Part shown: positions 49,189 to 64,000 of the stretch, piece by piece
Layout: every line of letters begins with the position of its first letter
How positions within the stretch are numbered: position 1 is the stretch's first letter
Source of the DNA: Chrysomallon squamiferum
Taxonomy: Eukaryota > Animalia > Mollusca
Length of the DNA stretch: 64,000 nucleotides
Assembly: GCA_012295275.1 (NCBI GenBank)
Contig: CM022666.1
Coordinates: 6,138,001 to 6,202,000, forward strand
Reading direction: 5' to 3'
The notes under the pieces: model-generated
Database searches by the model: none
The model's input: only the letters and a program-made list of their open reading frames with translations
What the model was told of the DNA's origin: nothing
Position numbers and translations under genes: made by a program

Positions 49189-49233
<45 letters not shown>

Positions 49234-49256
49234 ATCACCATCATCATTATTATTTT

Positions 49257-49288
<32 letters not shown>

Positions 49289-49493
49289 TTGTTTTTTCTT
49301 TATTATTTTCTTTGCAATATCCGATAAAGATATTATTTAAATGTGACATAAACTGAAAGTGATGTTAAGAATAGAACACATTCCGTAACGAAAATCATGA
49401 CGTACTTTCCTTATGTGAATCGTATACAACTCCTTTTGATAGCACGTGTTGGAACGACATAACCATAATCAGAAGGAAAATTACTGCTGACAT
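46670..49493 (-). pseudogene. Cys-rich secreted protein copy 7, degenerate
   Basis: Exons 49493-49406, 49010-48867, 48084-47941 are open; exon 4 47576-47447 is 130 nt (frameshift in A10 run); exon 5 (from 46766) has a CTG acceptor, a Cys>Tyr change and internal deletions. Confidence 0.75.
48466..48778. mobile_element. Tc1/mariner-type MITE (313 bp) in intron 2 of copy 7
   Basis: Perfect TIR CAGGTACCGGACCAATTATCCGG / CCGGATAATTGGTCCGGTACCTG flanked by a TA duplication. Confidence 0.9.
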
Positions 49494-49584
49494 GTTGAAC
49501 TGTTGACTATAAATATTTGTAATCGACAAGATTAAGTGAAAATATTAATACCAGAAGTAACCTATAGTAAATCAAATATAAATA

Positions 49585-50136
49585 CAGTGGTCCCCTGACT
49601 TACGAGTTTAAGTTGTTCCGTGACCGAGCTCGCATCTCAATTTGACAGTATATCAAATGAATTGTCCCAAGTGAAATTAACTGAAATACGATTAATCCGA
49701 TCCAGTCCCCCCCAAAACCACTTTTTTTTCCTTTCTTATGTAATGTGCTTTCAAATAATAAATATGTATTTATCAACTACAAATATAAAGCAGCCATATG
49801 GACTACATGCACACCTCGCTCATGTTTTTCTACGAATTCGAGCTTTAATTAAATGGAAATATTCCGTTTCTTCTTCTCAGCACTGTCCTTTTCACTCAGG
49901 ATCCATGGCCAGAAATTTGGCAAAATACTGCACAAAACGCGAGCACAAAACAACAGAGATCCTTCCGCGACGAGGTAACCACGGAAAGTAAACGAGTGAG
50001 ACGCGGGATTCTGGCCAACTAGCAGCGGCGTAACTGAAGCACGCTTGTAACTCGGATTTTGGCTCGCAACTCAAAGCGGCTGTTCGTAACTAATAAAACT
50101 GATAAGTTGGGGCACTCGTAAATAGAGGTACCATTG
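49585..50136 (-). mobile_element. Tigger-like relic upstream of copy 7
   Basis: TA-CAGTGGTCCCCTGACTTACGAG terminus and the same internal sequence; a further fragment lies at ~51060-51295. Confidence 0.75.
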
Positions 50137-52269
50137 CATCAGTATTTGCATAAGCAAAACTATGAATACTAATAATAACATGGAGTAACTAAGACTGTTA
50201 ATAGCAGTAGTAAAAATGGTAATGTTAGTATTAACCTGCAGTGAATCAAAATATAAATTTCAGTATTAATTTATCGTAAGTGAAAATATTGGTACTAGTA
50301 GTAACATATAGTAAAAATGTTAGTACTAGTTGTAACATTAAAATATAAATAAAGGTGGTGACATATGGTGTGTAAAAATGTTCATACCAGCAGCAGCACG
50401 AAGTAAGTAAAATTCTTAGTACTAGTACTAGTAGTAACAAGAAGGAGGTAGAGTTATTAGTAGTCGTATAAAATGCAGTGAGTAGAACGTTAATAGTATT
50501 TGCAACGTTACAATGTGAAATGTTAATTCAACTGGTAAGAAGTGAGTAGTATAAAATATCTTACATTAATTATATTCTCAAAAACAATCAGAGTATTATA
50601 CTTTACCACGTATGTTGTAGTATCTTTCCAGCAACAAAACTACTCTGTTAATACAGCGTTAATAAATATAAGTACTGGATGTTATGAATATATATAAATT
50701 TAAATTGATGTATAAAATATTTTACAGTAGTTCTATTCTGACAAGTATTAGAATATGACATTTCACGAGGTATGCAGTGATATATGTCTTTCCAAGTGAT
50801 ATATGTATCACTCGTGTTCTTTAAAAATAAATGGTACAGTTTTATTAATCTTTGCATAATTCATTGACTATAAAGCAGAATAACGAGTTTAAATATCACA
50901 CATTATGAAAATAAAGATCAAATTTTATAATATGATACATAAAAATTGCATTTGATGTGTGCTTAAATGCGTACATACATATGTATGATTCTGTATATGT
51001 TATGCATCTATCTCTGTCTCTGTGGGTGTGTCTGTGTGCGCGAGCGATCATTTTTTTCTTTGTTATGTAATGTGCTTTTAAATAATAAATACGTATTTAT
51101 AAACTACAAATATAAAGTAGCCAAATCGACTACATGCACACCTCGCTCATGTTTTTCTATGAATTCGAGCTTTAATTAAATTGAAATATTCCGTTTCTTC
51201 TTCTCAGCACTGTCCTTTTTCACTCAGGATCCATGGCCCGACGAGGTAACCACGTTAAGTAAACGAGTGAGACGCGGGATTCCGGCCAACTAGCGGAACA
51301 TGTGGTAACATGTGGTAAGTAAAAATGTTAGTACTAGTAATAATATCTAGTAAAAGTGTTCTTAGTAATATAAATTAAATTTATGAGTAAATATATATGT
51401 CGAAGGTAATAATGTTAATATTAGTAGTAACATGTAGTAAGTAAAAATGTTAGTACTAGTAGTAACATATAGCAAAAATGTTAGTACTAGTTGTAACATT
51501 AAAATATAAATAAAAGTGGTGACATATTGTGTGTAAAAATGTTCATACCAGTAGCAGCACGAAGCAAGTAAAATTCTTAGTACTAGCACTAGTAGTAACA
51601 AGAAGGAGGTAGAGTTATCAGTAGTCGTATAAAATGTAGTGAGTAGAACGTTAATAGTATTTGCAACGTTACAATGTGAAATGTTAATTCAAGTCGTATG
51701 AAATGTTAATTCATTGAATATAAAATTAGAATAACGAGTTTAAATATCACACATTATGAAAATAAATATCTAATTTTATAATGTGATATATAAAAATTGC
51801 ACTTGATGTGCGCTTAAATGCGTATATACATATATATGATTCTGCATATGTTATGCATGTATCTCTCTCTCTGTGGATGTGCCTGTGTGCGCGAGCAATC
51901 ACTAATGTACAAGTTCCAGCTTTGCTTCAGTTTCTGGGTTTAACAATAAAGAATGATTACAAATTTTAATTGGGACCATTTTATCCAAGCAACATTCTGA
52001 AGACATACATTTGTCTCAGAAAGTGACCAATTCCGTTAGCAGAAATATCAAATACTATTACCACTCTTCTTTTTCTGCTACTACTACTACTACTACTACT
52101 ATCACTACTACTGCTGCTACTACTAGTCTTATTATTACAATTACTACTACTGCATTTGTCGTTCTAATACTAGTACCACCATCAATGCTCTACTGCTACT
52201 ACTGTAAAGTCTACTACTAGCAGTGGACTGCTAAAATAGCTGCTACTGCTACGTCTGCTGCCGGTACTG

Positions 52270-52334
<65 letters not shown>

Positions 52335-52373
52335 TTACTACTACTACTATCAATGCTACTACTACTACTACTG

Positions 52374-52414
<41 letters not shown>

Positions 52415-53964
52415 TTACTATTACTACTACTACTATTACTATTACTACTACTACTACTATTACTACGATTCCTCTATTACTATCTGCCTGCTATTTCAGC
52501 TAATGATGCTAAAGTAAAAGTACAAGTACTATTAAGGCTACTATTTCTGCTACAACAGTGGTTACACTGCTAGTACTGCAGAATTACTACAACAGATCAG
52601 CGCTTATTACTACCAGTGGTATTACAGTTCTGTTACTGCTGCAATTACTATTTCTATACCTTCAAATACTTGTAGTACTACATAATATTTTTACTAATCC
52701 AGCTGTACGTCTATGCTACTAGTGTTCCACAACCACTAATCTTCTACTACTACTTATTTATGCACACTACTATTATATTAGTATAACTACTCTACTGCTG
52801 CTACTCCTACAACTAACATTCCTAGAATTTGATTATCTGTTTTTTCAGTTGTAGGGTTCCTAGAATTCGCTGCTGCTTCTATTAGCGTGCTACTACTGCT
52901 ACTAGAACTACTATTATTATCGTTAATACAAATACTACAGCGGTTGTTGCTGCATTATTTATGGTGCTGACACTACAGCTTTGCCGCTGCTACCTTAGTC
53001 ATCACACACGCACAGACACCCACGCACACACAGATACATTCACAGTTTATCTATCATCATAAAATGCAATAATGACAGAAATTTCATGTTTATTGTCATA
53101 ATATGTAAAACTTAAACTCGTTATACTGTTTTATAATCAATGAATCATACACAGATAAATAAAACTGTACCATTTATTTTTGAAGAATATGTTTGATATC
53201 ATTTCGAAAGATTTTACAGCACTACTCGTAAAGTTTTATATTACTTGTGAGAATAGAACTGATGTGAAATATTTTATACCTTAATTTAAATTTCTATCCA
53301 TTCATAACATCGAGTACTTATATTTATTAACGCTGTATTAACAGAGTAGTTTTGTTGCTTGAAAGATACTACAACATACGTGGTAAAGTATAATACTCTG
53401 ATAGATTTGGTAACAGAATTAATGTAAGATGTTTTATACTACTCACTTCTTACCAGTTGAATTAACATTTCACATTGTAACGTTTGAAATACTATTAACG
53501 TTTTACTCACTACATTTTATACGACTATTAAAAACTCATTATTGTTACTACTATTACTAGTAATAAGAATTTTGATCTACTTCGTGTTGCTGCTGGTATG
53601 AACATTTTTACACACGATATGTCACCACCTTTATTTACATTTTAATGTTACAACTAGTATTAACATTTTTACTATATGTTAATAGTAGTACTAATTTATT
53701 TACTAACTACATGTTACTAGTAATATTAACATTTTTACCTACGACATATCTGATATTTACTTGTAAATTTACAACTTGTTATTGATAGTACTAATATTTT
53801 TCCTTACGATATATTAATACTGAAAAATATCTTTTAATTTACTGCAGGTTAGTATTTTTAAAATTACCATTTTTACTAAAAGTTACTACTGGTAATAACA
53901 GTTTTAGTTACTCCATTTTATCATTAGTATTAACATTTTTACTTAAGACATATAAATACTGATA

Positions 53965-54606
53965 CAGTGGTACCTCGAATTACGAGTGTATCAACTTACG
54001 AGTTTTTCGAGTTACCAGCAGCTGCCCGGTCGATTTTTTGCTTTGAGTTTCGAGGCAGAATCCGAGTTCCGAGCGAGCTTCAGTTACGTCGGCGGTAGTT
54101 GGCCAGAATACCCCGTCTCATTCGTTTACTTCACGTGGTTTCCTCGCCGCGGAAGCATCTCTGTTGTGTTGTTTTGTTCAGTATTTTGCTAATTTCTTTG
54201 TTTCTGTGGATCCATGGATCCTAGAAGAAGAAGCGGATGATTTCTATTTGAGTTAAACTCCAACTCAAAGGAAAACTTTAGTAGTTCTTCGATATCAGTA
54301 CCACGTTAGTTCGTCCAAGGATCAAGGATCAGGAGTCGATAAAGGCTATAACTCCAGCCAAAGGGGTGATAATAATTTGTGTCATCTCCAAGATAAATAT
54401 ACTTTAGAAAACCAATTTGTTTCTCTTCCATCTCTTTCATTTTAACAATATTTGTTATTTATAAAAATATGATTAGTTTTGGGGGGGCTGGAACGGATTG
54501 ATGGTGTATCAATTAATTTCTCGGGAAAATTGATTTGATATGTTAGCAAATTGAGATACGAACTCGGTCACGGAACGAATTAAACTCGTAAGTCAAGATA
54601 CAACTT
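53965..54606 (+). mobile_element. Tigger-like relic upstream of copy 8
   Basis: Same TIR and transposase relic as 41484-42064. Confidence 0.8.
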
Positions 54607-55058
54607 ATATATATTTTATTTACCATAGGTTACTAGTGGTGATGTAATTTTCACTTGCTATATGTGCTAACATTTGCTATATATATTAACATTTTTTACG
54701 TCACTATATCTTACTACTGGTGTTAACATTTTTCTAAATGCATATTATAACTAGTCTCAACGTTTTTTCTTACTAGATTCTGCTAGTGGTATTAAAAGTA
54801 TTACTTACTTCATATCACTAGCCGTATTGGCATTGTTACTTACTACACTACTACTCGTGTTAACATTTTTACTTCTTTCTATGTCTGTTAATATTTTTGC
54901 TTACTCTATTTTATTACTTGTGTTAACGTTTTAATACAAATAAACAAATTGTTATTCGTTACATGCTAATATTTACTTAGTTTGTTTTCATGTTTGTTAC
55001 TATGTCGACTCTATTCTTAAGCTTGTCGGTTACAGATATTGATAGTCAACAGTTCAAC

Positions 55059-57590
<2,532 letters not shown>

Positions 57591-58079
57591 AATTCACTGT
57601 AACTGAGAAATAAAGTTTTAGTGATGTATATAATCCATTACTTTATGTTTTTAAAAAAGAATTTTTTCCCTGTCGAAAGCGGAGTATAATAAGTGATAGT
57701 ATTCTTAGTATTAGTAGCAGTAGTAAACGTAGTAGTTAAAAAAGAACAGAAATAGAAATAAAGCAGTAATAGTATCACTAGTAATCCAGCAACATCCGCT
57801 GAAGTATTAATGATAATAACAGTAGGGAAAGTTTTACACATACTGAACCTGTACCTCTACTGAACCTCTGGCATGTTTCAGCCTTTGACTGTTTCAACCG
57901 TGTTTTGCCACTACTGTGTGATTACTCGGTCTACATTGTGCATTTTGTGATATTAAAGAAAGGAAACAGAAAATCAGCTAGGAATATTCTAAATGCTTCA
58001 AGTGAAATAAGTTTGTTGAAGAATGTAGGTAAATTTGAAAATAAGAAAACACTCCGTATAGAAATGTCTGGAAATATAA

Positions 58080-58900
58080 TATTGTTAACAAGAGTACAAA
58101 CATGTAGAACGTGATAATGTTAATACCAGTAGTAACATGTAAGTAATCATATTAATAACATGTAGAAAGTAGCAATGTTAATATCAGTAGTAACATGTAG
58201 TAATAATGTTAATAACAGTACTAATATGTAGAAAGTAGTAATGTTAATATGAGTAGTAACATGTAGATAATGTTGTTAATATTAGTAGTAACATGTTGTT
58301 AGTAATAATGGTAATAACAGTACTAACATGATGAAAGTAATAATGTTAATAACAGTAGTAACATGTTGTAAATAATAATGTTAATATCAGTAGTAACATG
58401 TTGTAAATAATAATGTTAATATCAGTAGTAACATGTAAATAATAATGTTAATATCAGTAGTAACATGTTGTAAGTAATAATGTTAGTATCAGCAGTAACA
58501 TGTAGAATGTAATAACGTGAATACTGATAGTATCAAGCAGTAAGTAAAAATGTTAATGCTACTAGTAACATGTAGTAAATATAAATTGTACTTCCAGTAG
58601 TAACATGTAGAACGTAATAATGTTAATAACAGTAGTAACATGTTGTAAGTAATAATGTTAATAGCAGTAGTAACATGTAGAAAGTAATAATGTGAATGCT
58701 AGTAGTAACGTGTAGTAAATATAAATTGTACTTCCAGTAGCAACATGTAATAAGTAAGAATGCCAGTAGAAATAGAAAGATGTAGTATGAAAAAATGTTA
58801 ACAGCGGTAACATTGAGGAAAAATGCAGAGGACAGCAGTAATATGGAACAAGAAAAAATTAAAACGTGTTAGTACCACTATTAATATATAGTAAGGAAAA
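58080..58900. repeat. 35-bp minisatellite array downstream of copy 8
   Basis: Same unit. Confidence 0.9.
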
Positions 58901-59192
58901 TGTTAATATTAGTTGAAACATCTACAAGTTAATACTTTAAATTAAAATTTAATTTTTTATTTTTATTTTGTTAAAATTCTTGCAAAGATGAAGAGGTAAC
59001 TCGGAAGGAACTGTGGAACAAAGTGTCAGCATAATCTGATGATTGACAAAAATAAGTCTCAGTGGCTCAGAAAACAGAAACATGTTTATATTTGTTATTC
59101 AACATCATTTAAATGCTTGACAGTTAACAACACATCTCAGTAGCTAGTAAAATGGATTAGAACTCAATAAAAAATGGGATAGTATCTCTCTC

Positions 59193-59337
<145 letters not shown>

Positions 59338-59886
59338 TGAACTGCCACAGTGAGTACAATAGTCACTGCTTTAGTCCTGCTTTGCCTCAAAATGCAAATA
59401 AGAGACGATCTCGGATGTGGCATATTTACATTGAAAACCGGTATCATAACGTCTACAACTGTCCAGAAACAAGACACTGCACAGCAAGAAGCAGTTTGTA
59501 AGAATAGCGCGAAGATTCCGTGACGATACGAGCGAAATAATATCAATTTGTGGGCCTTTGCACGTTTCGAAGGGCCGAACTGAAGAATTCAACCTGTACT
59601 TTTCAAACGTGTCGTAGACAACTACTCACGCTAGTCAAGAAAACAAAACTGTAAAAAAACAAGTTTAGAACATAAACAATATCAGCGAAGTGTGTTGAGT
59701 ATTCTGACATGAAGATTACAGGTGGTATTATGGAACAAATTAATTTGAAGATTTCCAGACAAACTTTACTGAATATTTTCTTGTTCTGAAATTTACCTAT
59801 ATGCTTCAGCCAATTCTCGTATTTCACATAAAACATTAAAAACATTGCTAATTTGTTTTCTATTTCCTTTCTTACGTTCGTTTCAG

Positions 59887-60023
59887 GCTGTATAGTCGAT
59901 GGTGTATGTCGCCCTCCTCGGTACAAAAAGCATATCGGCTGGTTTTGGTGGGAAAAGGTATGTCTGTGTTCCGGCAATGGTATTTACAGTTGTTTCCGCT
60001 CGTTTGGATTATATTCACTGTAA
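59887..60023 (+). CDS. Orphan terminal exon (copy 9); possible alternative last exon for copy 8
   Basis: Intact acceptor, phase 1, GCIVDGVCRPPRYKKHIGWFWWEKVCLCSGNGIYSCFRSFGLYSL*. Confidence 0.55.
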
Positions 60024-61112
60024 CTGAGAAATATAATTTTAGTGATGAATATAATCTATTACTTTATGTCTTTAAAAAAGAAGCACCAAAAAAACAGAGT
60101 GTAATGAGTTATAGTATTCATAGTATTAGTAGGTCAGTAAAAGCAGTAGTAGTAGTAGTGGATCAGTGAAAATAAAAGTAGTAGCAGCACTAGTAGCACT
60201 ATCAGTAGTAGTACAAGAAGCATTTCTAGTAAAAGATATTCAAGAGCAACAGTAACAGTATTAGTAGCAGTACAATAGCAGTAGTAGTAGCAGTAATAGT
60301 AACAGTGGAAATACACGAGTAAGAGAAGAAGCAGCAGTAGCAACAGACGCGGTAGTAATGGTAGCAGAATTGTAGCAGTGGTAGTAGTAGTAGAAGTAGT
60401 AGTAGAAGAAGAGCAACAAAAATAAAGGTAAAGCAGCAATAGTATCACTAGTAATGCAGCAACATCCGCTGAAGTATTAATGATAATAACAGTAGGAGAA
60501 GTGTACACATATTGAACCTGTACCTCTACTGAACCTCTGGCACTTCTCAGCCTCTGGTTGTTTGAATCGTGTTTTGCCACTACTGTGTGATACCTCGGTC
60601 TACATTGTGCATTTTGTGATATTAAAGATAGCGGAAGGTCAACCAAGGCGAAAAAAGATGAAAAATCTTATTTCGCCCATGTCGGTGTAACTGTTTGCTA
60701 TTTTTGACGGTGTGTAGAACTGTTGTGCATGTAGGTGCATGTGTAGGATATTACATAATTGTCGGTTAGGACATAGCGGTTGCATATGAAGATCGAAACT
60801 GTTGAATTTCACACCTCCTTTCGAAAAATTATAAGCGGGAATTTTTACATGTAATGCACTATACTGATCCACCACACCTGGTGCGTTTTCAGACTGAAAA
60901 TTTCTAATAAAGGGACGCAACCGTCTTGGGTTCGACCTGAAGAACATTTCACCCATTTGTTTGTTAATACTTCATAATGTTTGTGACAAGCTACGTAAAT
61001 ATGTGGGTGAGAGTGTACAGATATGAACAGACATGTTTTGTCCGGTTCCCGTATCAGTTATTTGTTTGCAAATAAACGCGCATTTTCGTTTGGGTTTTTT
61101 GTTGTTGTTTTA

Positions 61113-61171
<59 letters not shown>

Positions 61172-62954
61172 ATTATTATAATTATTATTATTATTATTTT
61201 ATTTTTATTTTATTTTATATATAAGTATGGGATCCTGTTCATTCGAATATAACTATTTTATTAAAGAAAGTTGTCGACTGTTATTCTAACCTAAAATTTT
61301 AATCATTATGTTATATGTATATATTAATAACAAAATAAATGCAGACACATTTATAATCTTGAATAGGTAGAACGCTGTTAAAATAATTTTTTGCTAAATG
61401 TACATCTTTGTTGTGTGTATGCGTGTGTGTATGGGTTTCATTTTGTAAATACGTATTTGTCTTGGATTATGATTTGTATATGTGTCTGTATCTCTTTTAC
61501 TCATTTCTTTCTATCTGTCTGTCTTTCAAAATGTACACCAAAGTAAGTTATTAAGTCTGTTACAATTTACACTGTATAGAAGACTTGTCATGTTTCCGAT
61601 CCAGAAATACCAGCCATGTTGTCCAGTGCTCATATAAAGTAGTATTTTTGTAAGCAACTTTATTTGTGTGTGTGTGTGTGAGTGAGTGTTTAGTATTAAA
61701 TAAACATTAAATTTATTTAAAAGATTGTGGATATATCGTACACGCCTGTTATTCTATATTTATCAACCAGGATGTAAAGTATTACATGCCTACATTCAGT
61801 TCATTGGTTGTTTATTTCAGCAGATAAGGACTGCAAATATTAACACAAGTACCTTCAGAATACATAATCTATACATTAAACGTTTAGTGTTATTAGTCAT
61901 ATTTTTCTGTAGGTTTGTGATCGAAGTTGGACATATTTACCGGGCTAAAAGATCAGGTGAGAAATTAGAGAAGTCTTTTGTTTTTCACATGATTGCTAGT
62001 ATTTAGTATATTCTCGATTTAACAATTCAGTTAATGTAGTTCAAATACAGAAAACTTTAATCTGACGGATTAATTCCTTTAGGATTAATCGATATTCAGT
62101 GTAAAGTGGATAATATACTGGGGTATTGCTAGATAGGCTGCTTATTTATTTATTTATTTATTTATATAAATATTTATTTATTTATTTATTTATTTTAACG
62201 TAGCTATTGATAAAACACAGGCATATTTTTTTTTTTGCCTTCTTGATTAGGCATTACAGTGAAGAATGTCAAAATATTTTTCTATGAATTTTTTTTGGTC
62301 GCTCAGTTTTAGATCGCTCATTTCGAAAGGCTGACAACAAACATATTCACCAGACAACAAACATATTCACCTCGTGATCTTTCTTGTTACGGGTGGACTT
62401 CAACACGATCATTCTCTCGACATAAAGCAGTGATCCAGAAATACCAGCCATGTTGTCCAGTGCTCATATAAAATAGTATTTTTGTAAGCAACTTTATTTG
62501 TGTGTGTGTGTGAGTGAGTGTTTAGTATTAAATAAACATTAAATTTATTTAAAAAGATTGTGGATATATCGTACACGCCTGTTATTCTATACTTATCAAC
62601 CAGGATGTAAAGTATTACATGCCTACATTCAGTTCATTGGTTGTTTATTTCAGCAGATAAGGACTGCAAATATTAACACAAGTACCTTCAGAATACATAA
62701 TCTATACATTAAACGTTTAGTGTTATTAGTCATATTTTTCTGTAGGTTTGTGATCGAAGTTGGACATATTTACCGGGCTAAAAGATCAGGTGAGAAATTA
62801 GAGAAGTCTTTTGTTTTTCACATGATTGCTAGTATCAATTCAGTTAATATAGTTCAAATACAGAAAACCTTAATCTGACGGATTAATTCCTTTAGGATTA
62901 ATCGATATTCAGTGTAAAGTGGATAATATACTGGGGTATTGCTAGATAGGCTGC

Positions 62955-63005
<51 letters not shown>

Positions 63006-63616
63006 TATAAATATTTATTTATTTTAACGTAGCTATTGATAAAACACAGGCATATTTTAACTTAGGTTCTTCTTGATTAGGCATTACAGTGAAGATTACC
63101 AAAATATTTTTCTATGAATTTAATGTTTGATATTAACTTTCTTTAGATCGCTCAGTTTCGAATTGGCTGACAACAAACATATTCACCAAAAATTATGAGC
63201 ACCACTGAGGTTATTTAGTGACCTCTGTTGTTATGTGTGCACCTGAACACGATCAGTCTCTTGATATAAAGCAGTGAAACGATTGTCCTAGAAAGAAAAC
63301 AAATAAACCACACCCAGTATCTAATCTGACCATTACGTGGCGTCGAGCATATTTATAGTTAAGAATGCAGATGAGAAATCTATGTTTATACCCGATGGGA
63401 TTTTAGTTATTTTATTCTGGTTGTTTGTTTGTTGTTTTTTGTTCTTTCTTTTGTTGGCGGTGATGTTGATGTTATTTGATTAGAAGGAAGGGACATTTTT
63501 TAATACACCTTCCCATAGACTACAACATATCTTTTTTTCTGATGAGCATGTTGAGTCCGGATTATTCATAATACATACGTACATATTGTTAATGTTCTTC
63601 TTTGTGCCTGTGCGTC

Positions 63617-63663
<47 letters not shown>

Positions 63664-63820
63664 GTGTGTGTGCGTGTGTGTGTGTGTGAGCGCGCGCGCG
63701 TGTGTTAGGGTTATTTATTATATTTTATTACTTTTTATTTTATTTCATTTTGTTTTATGTCTTATTTTATTTTTGCTTCTTTATTTATTATTTCGTTTTC
63801 TTTCTCACTGAGGACTCTCC

Positions 63821-63908
63821 ATGTCATCCGGAATGTTCTCAGATTGTCACGGACCTGACATTTCGCTGGATAAAGAAAAAGCTACGTGGAGGGAGACCAA
63901 CACGTCAC
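63821..63908 (+). CDS. Upstream exon of second CARD-gene copy (rest beyond window)
   Basis: Paralog of 30362-30449: MSSGMFSDCHGPDISLDKEKATWRETNTS followed by a GTAAAC donor. Confidence 0.55.
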
Positions 63909-64000
63909 GTAAACATATGAAATTGGTTTTACATCTGTATAATTGTGTGGACATACGTACACACATACATACAAACACACATTGATACATGAACACATAC

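Overview
AT-rich, intron-rich animal genomic DNA, probably lophotrochozoan/mollusc-like (an inference from the repeat content). (1) 1193-8784 (+): a multi-exon monoamine oxidase gene whose first coding exon was not found; one exon carries a +1 frameshift. (2) ~9.5-60 kb: a cluster of at least 9 full or partial copies of a five-exon gene that the ORF track misses. Manual splicing gives a ~207-212 aa secreted protein with a signal peptide and 12 Cys in small VWC/FN1-like modules, with all coding introns phase 1. Three copies are intact (11253-13657 -, 19406-21733 +, 55059-57590 +); the rest have splice, frameshift or deletion lesions or are orphan terminal exons. Copies form head-to-head palindromic pairs, are bracketed by inverted 35-bp minisatellite arrays, carry a Tigger relic upstream, and differ mostly by amino-acid-changing, exon-wise mosaic variation. 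(3) A CARD-domain gene at 30362-31392 (+). (4) The block from the MAO last exon to the CARD gene is present twice (segmental duplication or uncollapsed haplotypes), with a 200-N gap in the first unit. MITEs and many microsatellites are also present.
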